DNA from: Nitrospirota bacterium
GTDB taxonomy: Bacteria; Nitrospirota; Thermodesulfovibrionia; Thermodesulfovibrionales; SM23-35
Reading direction: 5' to 3'
Assembly (NCBI GenBank): GCA_049323875.1
Contig: JBMOLW010000033.1
Span: forward strand, 133,339-197,338
Length of the DNA: 64,000 bases
Shown here piece after piece: positions 54,387 to 62,172 of this stretch (its first letter is position 1; every line of letters begins with the position of its first letter). The notes under the pieces were generated by a model. It saw only the letters and a list, made by a program, of their open reading frames with translations, made no database searches and had not been told where the DNA came from. A program made the translations under genes and the position numbers.

Positions 54387-54486
54387 CATTGGTCAATACA
54401 ATCATTGGTCATTAGTCACTGGTCATTAGGTGTTGACTGTTGACCAATGACTGTCTTTCATTGACCAATGACAAGTGACTATTGAC
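54387..54486. repeat. intercistronic inverted heptamer arrays, TGAC family, locus C
   Basis: cattggtcaatacaatcattggtcattagtcactggtcatt ... ttgaccaatgactgtctttcattgaccaatgacaagtgactattgac. Shares an exact 24-mer with locus A. Confidence 0.85.
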
Positions 54487-54496
54487 TTCCTCTTAT

Positions 54497-56074
54497 TCAT
54501 TCCGGAAACATGGCGATTCCGTATGGTTTTCTCCCAACCGGGATCACTCTCTCTTCCCGCTTTGTCGTCTTGTCCACAACAGATACATTGTCTGACCCCC
54601 TGTTCACCACGTATATCTTTCTCCCTTCAGGGTCCATGAGGAAAGATCTCGGCTGACTTCCTACCGATATGGAGCCTATTGCCGGCGCGAGCGAGGTTTT
54701 CAGTGCGCCCGAGGCCTCTGAAAACGGCCTTACCATCAGTATCTCTCCTGAAGATTCTTTCAGAAGGTAGAGCCTGTCGATATCCGGGTCTGAAAGAATC
54801 CCGTTCAGGGAAGCGCCCACATTGCTCATCTCGCTCACGGCTCCGGATTTGTTTCCCCCGATCACCTGGAGGATATCGATAAGGGAAAGGTTGTCATACG
54901 CATAATTCGCAACATATACCTTCCCCCTCGGATAATCTACGAAAAGCGCGATCGGGCTCCATTGGACGCCAAGCGTGAGCGTCTCTTCCGGTCTCCCGCT
55001 CGCCGTGTGAATCTTGATCACGGATACATCCCGTGAATTCTTATTCGCAACATATGCATTGCACCAGGTTCTCCGGTAATTCTTCACGATATCAATATCG
55101 TGAAGACTGAGAAAGCGCGAATCTGTGAGGATATCGACAGAAGGGTCGGCTGCTATTGCCACAGGACCTGCGCCTACACTCACCCGGTCGAACTCCTGGT
55201 AGGTTGAAGCGTCTATGATCGACACGTTGTTCGATCCGTAATTGGCGACGAGGATGATCTCCTTGTCCTGGGCAATTCTTGCGACTGCGATCTCTTCAGG
55301 CTCTTTTCCGAAACGGACAGGAATCTCAACTTCGACTGTATTCGTGGTGGGATCGATAACCGATATGCTGTTCGATCCGGAGTTCACCACATAAACCCGC
55401 TGCCGCTCCCTGACCTGGCTTACGGCAATGCCCCTCGGCCTTTTCCCGACCATGACCGTCGCAACGACATTTCCGGTCCGCTGGTGTATTACCGAAACAT
55501 TATCAGAACCCTCGTTGGTAACATAGATGAGAAGACTGCTCAGCTCCGGGGCCTGTCCTCTGACATCAAATGCAGGACTGAAGAGAAATCCGTCTTTAAC
55601 CGAATCATCCGGATTCCAGTTGAGGAAAAGAGTCGTATTCTGGTTTCTCCTGACCACGATTTCTATGGGTATCTCTACCCCCCCGGGCGGAAGCGCAAGG
55701 TGAGCAGCCCCGTCCTTTCTGTTGACCAGCGCCTGCCTGAAAATAAGCCGGAGCTTTTGATACCGGTCTTTGGACAGAGTCTTTTCACCGAGCAGAATCT
55801 GTTGTCCGGCAACTTCAGGAGACCTGATAACACGCGGGGTATCCAGAACTTCACGGAGTGTGCCGTCTTCAGCCACGATATTGACTGCTGAAAGTTCCAT
55901 GGTCAGATCGCTGGCTATTTTTTCCGGCACTTGCAGGAAAAGCGAGACCTGTCCGCCGGACTCAAGTCGTGCGTCACTATACTGCTGGACTGAAGCGCAC
56001 CCCATCAAAGCAGTAATCAGTAAACCAAAAGCGGTCAGCAATAAAATTCTAAAGTTTGCCTGATCCTTTGTCAT
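54497..56074 (-). CDS. lipoprotein: DUF4382-like N-terminal domain plus a YVTN-type beta-propeller
   Basis: Lipobox LMGC. Repeated units such as YVTNEGSDNVSVI, VYVVNSGSNSISVIDPTTN, LVANYGSNNVSIID, YVANKNSRDVSVI, YVVNRGSDNVSVVD. Confidence 0.8.
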   Translation of the reverse strand: MTKDQANFRILLLTAFGLLITALMGCASVQQYSDARLESGGQVSLFLQVPEKIASDLTMELSAVNIVAEDGTLREVLDTPRVIRSPEVAGQQILLGEKTLSKDRYQKLRLIFRQALVNRKDGAAHLALPPGGVEIPIEIVVRRNQNTTLFLNWNPDDSVKDGFLFSPAFDVRGQAPELSSLLIYVTNEGSDNVSVIHQRTGNVVATVMVGKRPRGIAVSQVRERQRVYVVNSGSNSISVIDPTTNTVEVEIPVRFGKEPEEIAVARIAQDKEIILVANYGSNNVSIIDASTYQEFDRVSVGAGPVAIAADPSVDILTDSRFLSLHDIDIVKNYRRTWCNAYVANKNSRDVSVIKIHTASGRPEETLTLGVQWSPIALFVDYPRGKVYVANYAYDNLSLIDILQVIGGNKSGAVSEMSNVGASLNGILSDPDIDRLYLLKESSGEILMVRPFSEASGALKTSLAPAIGSISVGSQPRSFLMDPEGRKIYVVNRGSDNVSVVDKTTKREERVIPVGRKPYGIAMFPE

Positions 56075-56100
56075 ATGTCAGATCGCTTAGGAAATCATTT

Positions 56101-56162
56101 GTCACTAGTCACTAGTCATTGGTCATTGTCTTCTGAATGACCAGTGATCATTGACCAATGAC
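56101..56162. repeat. intercistronic imperfect hairpin of heptamer repeats, TGAC family, locus D
   Basis: gtcactagtcactagtcattggtcattg - tcttctg - aatgaccagtgatcattgaccaatgac. By my alignment 21 of 27 positions are complementary. Confidence 0.85.
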
Positions 56163-56166
56163 TTCA

Positions 56167-57150
56167 CTATTCGTTCGGCTTGAACACCTCTACCCTGTCG
56201 TTGAAGGTGTCTGCCACGAGTATTTTCCCTTCACTATCAACGGCTATATCTGTGGGGTACTGCAGCCATCCTTCTCCCCAGCCGAGCCCGCCGAATTCAT
56301 AGAGATATTTGCCGTCGGTATTAAATGCCGATACCGTATGGCGCATGTAGTCGACTACATATACCGTGTGATTCTGTTCGCATATGGCAACCGCCTGGGG
56401 TCTGCTCAGTTTTCCGCTGCTCCCTCCTTTTTCCCCGAAATCGAAAAGGAAGTTTCTGTTTTTATCAAAGACATATACCCGACCATTTATTTCACTGACC
56501 ATATATAATCTGCCCGTTTTGTCGACAGCAACATTATTGAATCTGACCGGCATCCCGTTATTCTCGTAAGAAAAAATTTCCTTTTTTCTGCCATGATCAT
56601 TCAGGATCAGAATTCCGGGGAAAGAGGATCCTGCAATATAAATATTCCTGTTATCATCTATCGCAATGCCCGCCGGAACAAAATTTTCCGCACCTTCAAA
56701 ATCTGTCAGGGGGATATCATGCATCCATTGAAAACATGCATTGAAAACCGATATGCGTGGCTTGGGATGCTCTTTTGTAGCGTTCTGGAGAATATAGAGA
56801 TTACCTTCGGAATCCATGGTAATTCCCTGGGGGGATTCAATCCCCTGTCTTTTGTCAATGGTATAAACAGGAAAAAAATCCGATGTGTACACAATAACCC
56901 GGTTCATGCTGTCGGTTATATAGATTTCCTTCGCCTGGGTATCGATAAAAACAGAAGAGGGAAACCGGAGACTTTTTCCGGCTTCATCTTCGACGATACA
57001 TTCGCTATAAATCACCGGTTCCTGTGATGCATACAATTGTTCCGGAATGCTGTACAGCGAATATGCAAATACCCAGACGAAAACAAATAAGCCTGTTCCC
57101 CATTTTTTTTCGACTCTCATCGTTCCTGCACTCCTTTTCGGATATTGCAC
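56167..57150 (-). CDS. NHL-repeat six-bladed beta-propeller protein
   Basis: Signal-like N-terminus. Blades such as IYITDSMNRVIVY, LYILQN, IYIAGSSFPGILILN, LYMVSEINGRVYVFD, VYVVDYMRHTVSAF, ILVADTFNDRVEVF. Confidence 0.8.
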   Translation of the reverse strand: MQYPKRSAGTMRVEKKWGTGLFVFVWVFAYSLYSIPEQLYASQEPVIYSECIVEDEAGKSLRFPSSVFIDTQAKEIYITDSMNRVIVYTSDFFPVYTIDKRQGIESPQGITMDSEGNLYILQNATKEHPKPRISVFNACFQWMHDIPLTDFEGAENFVPAGIAIDDNRNIYIAGSSFPGILILNDHGRKKEIFSYENNGMPVRFNNVAVDKTGRLYMVSEINGRVYVFDKNRNFLFDFGEKGGSSGKLSRPQAVAICEQNHTVYVVDYMRHTVSAFNTDGKYLYEFGGLGWGEGWLQYPTDIAVDSEGKILVADTFNDRVEVFKPNE

Positions 57151-57171
57151 ATATCCATTCCTGCTTCCTTC

Positions 57172-57207
57172 AACGAAAAGGGGAGGGCTTGACCGCCTAC
57201 CCTCCCC
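57172..57207 (-). terminator. rho-independent terminator after the OmcS-like gene
   Basis: Minus-strand RNA reads GGGGAGGG-UAGGCGGUCAAG-CCCUCCCC-UUUUCGUU, starting 27 nt after the stop at 57235. Confidence 0.6.
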
Positions 57208-57234
57208 GTTCCGGAAATCTTCTGCTTCAAGGAA

Positions 57235-58368
57235 CTAACTGCCGGTGTCTTTGGTTGTGTGACAAATAAAACAACGGGTTGCATCTGCTCCCGTACCCGC
57301 GCTGATATCTTCATAGTTCCACCTGAGAATATCGGCATTGGCAGAGCCATGGACCTTATGACAGGACAGACACATTACAATATCAGTGCCCGGTGTTACT
57401 GAAGTAAGCGGAGCAGCAAGTGCATCAGGGAGAGATGCAGCTTGCCTCCCAACAGGCGCATCTGCTTTATACGCCGCAGCACCTGTGTAAGAGGCATATT
57501 CACCGGTAGCCGGCAATACGATGTCTGTCGGATGTCTGAGCCACGGTGAACCGGTCGCAGTATTGGTAATATCACTTCCGACGGCCCGAGGGCCATGGAA
57601 GTTCCCATGGCATTCTGCGCAGAGTCCGCTTATCGTGCCATTGCCGGGGACTGATGCACTGCCGGCCTCTACACCATCTGTTGCTCCCAGATATTCATTA
57701 TGTGAAGCGTCAGCATTCTGCCAGTCAGAAACTTCAGCGCCCTTTACACCCTTCAGAAACCTGTAGCTGTTGGCTGTTGTAGTCCCCTGGGTAGTTAAGG
57801 AAAAAGCAGCACCGAACTTGAGCATAGAATCATTAAAATGGTGTGAGCCTTTCACTGCCGAGTAGCTGTCAGCAGCGGTGCGATCACCATGACAGCCATA
57901 TACTCCGCCGCAGGTAAAATTCGCTGAGGTAATCGCCTGTGCGTATTCATCCCCCGGGGGTGGGAACATTGCAGCGATTCCTTCCGGGTTGCCAAGCTCC
58001 GACACATTGTGTCCGACTGTATCGGGGTTCGCAACTGCGATAGAATCATTTCCATCAACAATTTTGGCACCGGCGTTCAATATGTAGGCAAAGTTTCCGC
58101 CTGCAAGATCCGTAGCATTTGTATGGGCAACCTGCGGAGTATTGTTGACTATGTTTGTTCCTGTAGTCATACCCTGCGAATGGCAGCCGTAGCAGCTGCC
58201 TTTGAGCAGAACCCCGTAAGGACCGCTTGCATCCACAACCGCACCGTTTTGCATATTATGCATGGTATGACAGTTTGCGCATGCACCAGTCGCGACAGCA
58301 CCGGCAATACCATAAGTCGAAGCAATGCAAAGTGCGGCCACAATGCTTGTTATTGTGAACTTCTTCAT
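57235..58368 (-). CDS. OmcS-like multihaem cytochrome, paralogue 3 (5 CXXCH + 1 CX5CH)
   Basis: Start set at the ATG preceded by GGAGGTG, giving signal peptide MKKFTITSIVAALCIASTYGIAGA. Motifs CANCHTMHN, CYGCH, CGGVYGCH, CAECHGNFH, CLSCHKVHGS, CFICHTTK, plus GGNFAYI and GHNV. Confidence 0.85.
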   Translation of the reverse strand: MKKFTITSIVAALCIASTYGIAGAVATGACANCHTMHNMQNGAVVDASGPYGVLLKGSCYGCHSQGMTTGTNIVNNTPQVAHTNATDLAGGNFAYILNAGAKIVDGNDSIAVANPDTVGHNVSELGNPEGIAAMFPPPGDEYAQAITSANFTCGGVYGCHGDRTAADSYSAVKGSHHFNDSMLKFGAAFSLTTQGTTTANSYRFLKGVKGAEVSDWQNADASHNEYLGATDGVEAGSASVPGNGTISGLCAECHGNFHGPRAVGSDITNTATGSPWLRHPTDIVLPATGEYASYTGAAAYKADAPVGRQAASLPDALAAPLTSVTPGTDIVMCLSCHKVHGSANADILRWNYEDISAGTGADATRCFICHTTKDTGS

Positions 58369-58604
58369 CTTTTTTTCACCTCCTTTCCTTTTGGATTTCG
58401 TCGTCCCTGATGAATTCATGATCAGCATGAAAAACCACCCTCGTTTATTAATCATATGATATAGTTTTATTGCTAAATTACCATGCTCTCTTGCCTGATT
58501 TATGAGCAATATTTATGCCATATTTAGCATCCGTATTATTACGTAACTGATTGGAATAAAATACTCAAAGGCGTTTTACTCTGCTTTATTAGCTATCGCT
58601 ATAT

Positions 58605-58633
58605 ATTAAACTTTCGCAGTCCATATTTGTCAA
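58605..58633 (-). promoter_or_regulatory. candidate strong sigma70-type promoter with a leader of about 230 nt
   Basis: Minus strand reads TTGACA (58633-58628), a 17-nt spacer, then TTTAAT (58610-58605), within a 485-nt AT-rich intergenic region. Confidence 0.4.
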
Positions 58634-58853
58634 GATGTATTTAATTAATTGCTATCTTTTTATATGAAACATTCATCTCCTTTTGTCTGCCCTGGGAATC
58701 GACATGAGTCATTAATGCCCAAACTGTTCACCCTCCCTTTTATCCCCTTCCATCAAGGGAGGGGTTCGGGGATAGGGGTATTTTCGGGTCAACGACAGGA
58801 AATGAGTTATGAGAGGGTTTGACTTCTTCTCACCTGTGAGGAGCTCAGTACAG

Positions 58854-60041
58854 TTACGGCTTTTTCCTGGTGTGACAGATGATGCAGCCGTTTTCCGAGG
58901 AGGTCATCTTCAGGGGGTCGTTGCCGTACTCCCACCTGAGAATATCAGGATATGCCGTTGCATGGGCACGGTGGCAGGAAAGGCACATGACGATGCTGTC
59001 GGAATCGACCGCCTTTTCAGTACCTTTCGGTTCGAAGTATGCGACAGGAGCGACCGGACTGTAGAGTACATATTCCTGGAACTCAGATCCTGCATACCCT
59101 CCGCGTACGGTGCTGAACGCAATATCTGTCGGATGCTTTCTCCAGGCCGCGTTATATGCATGTCCTACCTCGTCGCTCCCTCCCAGGTTTGCGTGCGGAT
59201 GGAAACGGACGTGGCATTGGCCGCAGAGATAGCTTATGGTATTCATCGAATCATGAACCGGATCTCCCTTATACCCGTTGTGGCGCTCGGAAGAAGCGAG
59301 ATATTCCCAGTCCTGATGTTCAGTGCCGGTTATCCCGGATAAAAACCGGTAGCTCTTTCCGACCGTTGACCCGTCAATTGCGGCGTCATCGGTATGGTGC
59401 GCACTATAGAGTGCTTTGTACGGGTTTCCTTCTTTCCTGTTCCCGTGACAGCCCCAGGTCCCGGCACAATCGAGCTGGTTCTGACCAGACCAGTATGCCG
59501 GCCCTTCCCCCTCCGGTATCACAACACCGGAGAGGAATCCCGGCGGCTGATCCATCGGAGGTTTCTCCTGCATGGATATGCCCCTGACATTGTGTCCTTT
59601 TTTATAGTCGGGGCTGTATCCGTCAGCGACAAAATAATAATTCCCACCCGCAAGGTCCCCCTTGTCCAGTCGGTGGATAATCTGGGGTATCCTTGCTTTT
59701 CCGAGTGTAATAATATTTTCTGCACCGTCGGGGTTCTGCCCGTGACAGCCGATGCACCCCCCTCTCGTGAGCATCGGGAAGGGGCCTGCCTGATTTCCGT
59801 AAGACATCTGCTCTCCTTCATAACTGTTGTGCATGGTATGACAGTCCCTGCACTTCCCCTTAACCATTGCTTCTGACCGTGAAAGAGGTATGATCAGCAA
59901 AAACAGAATACCTGCCAACAGGAGAGTTGAGAAAAAAATGCCCCCCAGAGTGGGAACGGGGGGCAAGGGGGGAGGAGCTAACAATGAAACGCGCATTATT
60001 ATTTTTTTATTTGCAAAAATCATGCGCGCAATGTTCTTCAT
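58854..60041 (-). CDS. OmcS-like multihaem cytochrome, paralogue 2 (5 CXXCH + 1 CX5CH)
   Basis: ATG 60041 forms an ATGA overlap with the upstream stop. Motifs CRDCHTMHN, CIGCH, CAGTWGCH, CGQCHVRFH, CLSCHRAHAT, CIICHTRK, plus GGNYYFV and GHNV. Confidence 0.85.
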   Translation of the reverse strand: MKNIARMIFANKKIIMRVSLLAPPPLPPVPTLGGIFFSTLLLAGILFLLIIPLSRSEAMVKGKCRDCHTMHNSYEGEQMSYGNQAGPFPMLTRGGCIGCHGQNPDGAENIITLGKARIPQIIHRLDKGDLAGGNYYFVADGYSPDYKKGHNVRGISMQEKPPMDQPPGFLSGVVIPEGEGPAYWSGQNQLDCAGTWGCHGNRKEGNPYKALYSAHHTDDAAIDGSTVGKSYRFLSGITGTEHQDWEYLASSERHNGYKGDPVHDSMNTISYLCGQCHVRFHPHANLGGSDEVGHAYNAAWRKHPTDIAFSTVRGGYAGSEFQEYVLYSPVAPVAYFEPKGTEKAVDSDSIVMCLSCHRAHATAYPDILRWEYGNDPLKMTSSENGCIICHTRKKP

Positions 60042-61006
60042 TTCCCTGTATGACAGATAAGACATCCGTCTTTTCCCTCTTCTCCGGTAACAATAGTGTC
60101 ATAATCCCATCGGAGCATCGACTCATAAGGACTTGCGTGTGCCACATGACACGAAAGACATATCACGGAGTCGGCTCCGGGAACTATCTCACGCCCTGAA
60201 AATTCAGGAGAAGAAACCCGGGCGACCGGAGCATTCGAATTATATTCCATGTATTCATATCCACCGGGAAGAGGAACTCCCGTCGGATGTCTGAACCATG
60301 GCCCCGACTTTTCGTCACGGTGAAACCCGCCGTGACAGCTCTCACAGAACTGATCAAACGAAGAAGTATATTCGTTGTGCCTCTGCGGCGTGCTGTTCCG
60401 GTTCCATTCCTCATCTTCGAATCCGGTGACCCCTTTTACCTTGTCGGTATTTTTCAGGTATCGGTAGCTCTTTGCGGTCGTAGTTCCATCCAGCGGCATA
60501 TCCACCGCATGATGGGTTCCCATGATCGCTTTAACAGGGTCTTCGATATTCCTGTTCCCATGGCACCCGTTGGAACCTGAACATTTCAGGGTTTTCGTGT
60601 CACTATACCCTATTGCCGACGGGTCATAGTTTCTCGAATAGCCCGGAGGGTTCCTATTAAACTTGGCATCAGGGGGACCAACACCGGCCACATTATGCCC
60701 CTTCCTTTCACCCAAACCTCTTGCAAGATAATGGAAATTTCCCCCTGCGAGCGGTCGGTCAGGTTTAGCCGAGTTATACACGACCGGCACCCTGCTTCTG
60801 CCGAATATCTTCACGGTGTCAGGGTCTGCGTTTGAATGACATTCAATGCAGAGTGTATAGGGCAGTTCATACTGGGGTATGCCGGGGAAAAGTACATGGC
60901 ACACTTCGCAATCACCCCTCACTACCGCAAAAGCAGTATGCATGAAGAGCAGCATACTACTCATGATGATGAACAGAACTCCGGACATTCTTTCTTTCTT
61001 CATCAT
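60038..61006 (-). CDS. OmcS-like multihaem cytochrome, paralogue 1 (5 CXXCH + 1 CX5CH; lacks the CHTMH histidine)
   Basis: Start trimmed to MMKKERMSGVLFIIMSSMLLFMHTAFA. Motifs CEVCHVLF, CIECH, CSGSNGCH, CESCHGGFH, CLSCHVAHAS, CLICHTGK, plus GGNFHYL and GHNV. Confidence 0.8.
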   Translation of the reverse strand: MMKKERMSGVLFIIMSSMLLFMHTAFAVVRGDCEVCHVLFPGIPQYELPYTLCIECHSNADPDTVKIFGRSRVPVVYNSAKPDRPLAGGNFHYLARGLGERKGHNVAGVGPPDAKFNRNPPGYSRNYDPSAIGYSDTKTLKCSGSNGCHGNRNIEDPVKAIMGTHHAVDMPLDGTTTAKSYRYLKNTDKVKGVTGFEDEEWNRNSTPQRHNEYTSSFDQFCESCHGGFHRDEKSGPWFRHPTGVPLPGGYEYMEYNSNAPVARVSSPEFSGREIVPGADSVICLSCHVAHASPYESMLRWDYDTIVTGEEGKDGCLICHTGK

Positions 61007-61306
61007 TGTATTTTTCCGTCTTCCTGCAAAAATAGTGCGCACGCCGTGCTTCCCGGAGTTTATGGGCTTATATGTCTGTAGCAGGAACTCCGGCATGTCT
61101 GATGGTAAAGCTTCATCAAAAAGATCCCATCAGCCGAAATCCGGCAAATTTCAACCTCATTTAAGCTTACGCTTAATGTATCAATAATCTTACGCGCAAG
61201 TCAATGGTTATCCCGATTCTCATTTTCACAAGGCTATTCTCATTTCTGAAAAAGTGGGGTCATCACGGGCGGAATTGGTTCTGCAGTCTGAAAGAGTGGA
61301 AAGAGG

Positions 61307-62056
61307 CTACGTCTGCTGAACAGCGGAAGAATGCCTGGCAGGATTTATTACCCAGATGTTCCCGAATTCCCGTTCCTGATAGGCACGGGCAAGGCCGAGT
61401 CTGATAAGTTCAAGGAGCGCAACAAACGTGACAATAAGCTGAATCCTCGTCATCTCTTCCGGGAAAAAGTCTTCAAATCTTACGGTATCCTGCCCTTCGA
61501 GGATTTCCATAATAACCGACATCCTGTCTTTGACCGTGAGGGTCTCTTTCGTGATCGATATAACTTCCGGAGGCGCCTTCTCAAGAATCCTCTTGAACGA
61601 ATCGAGAAGATCAAAGAGATTGATATCGAAAAGATAGAGTTCTCCCTCCTCTTCTTCCTCCTCAAGAAGGGAATCCCTCCGGTAAACCTTTATCCATTCC
61701 TCTTCCCGCATCCTGAGCTCTCCGGCAGCCTCTTTGAATTTCTGGTACTCGATCAGCTTCTGAACAAGCTCCGCCCTCGGGTCTTCCATCTCTTCAGCAT
61801 AAGCTTCTTCGTCAGGAGGGAGGAGCATCCGCGATTTGATATAGATCAGCGTCGCTGCCATGACAAGAAATTCGCCGGCGATCTCGAGATTCAGTTCCTT
61901 CATGATTTCGATATATTCCAGATACTGACTCGTGATTCGGGCAATCGGGATGTCATAGATGTCGAGTTTGTTCTCCCTGATGAGATGGAGCAGGAGGTCA
62001 AACGGCCCTTCGAAGACAGGTATCTTGATATTGTAAACGTCTTCCATGTGCAGCAT
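61307..62056 (-). CDS. scpA: segregation and condensation protein A
   Basis: 249 aa. IKIPVFEGPFDLLLHLIRENKLDIYDIPIARITSQYLEYI. Confidence 0.9.
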   Translation of the reverse strand: MLHMEDVYNIKIPVFEGPFDLLLHLIRENKLDIYDIPIARITSQYLEYIEIMKELNLEIAGEFLVMAATLIYIKSRMLLPPDEEAYAEEMEDPRAELVQKLIEYQKFKEAAGELRMREEEWIKVYRRDSLLEEEEEEGELYLFDINLFDLLDSFKRILEKAPPEVISITKETLTVKDRMSVIMEILEGQDTVRFEDFFPEEMTRIQLIVTFVALLELIRLGLARAYQEREFGNIWVINPARHSSAVQQT

Positions 62057-62172
62057 ATTCTACCAGATTGCCGGAAGTTTCGTCTTCCCGTCCGGTGCGG
62101 TACCTCAAGACGAAAAGAACTTGACAGGATCCTCCTGAATCTGAAAAATACAGAAAAACTTCATTCAGGATT

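Noticed and set aside
49508-56162. Possibility that the TGAC-type repeats are a CRISPR array
   Set aside because: The units are 7 nt with no spacers, are arranged as inverted arms at four separate gene junctions, and no cas genes are present.
61023-61045. Sigma54-like promoter (minus strand GCGCAC-N5-TTGCA) upstream of the first OmcS-like gene
   Set aside because: The -24 element has CG instead of the essential GG. The site would leave only a few nucleotides of leader before ATG 61006. No enhancer-binding protein gene is in the window.
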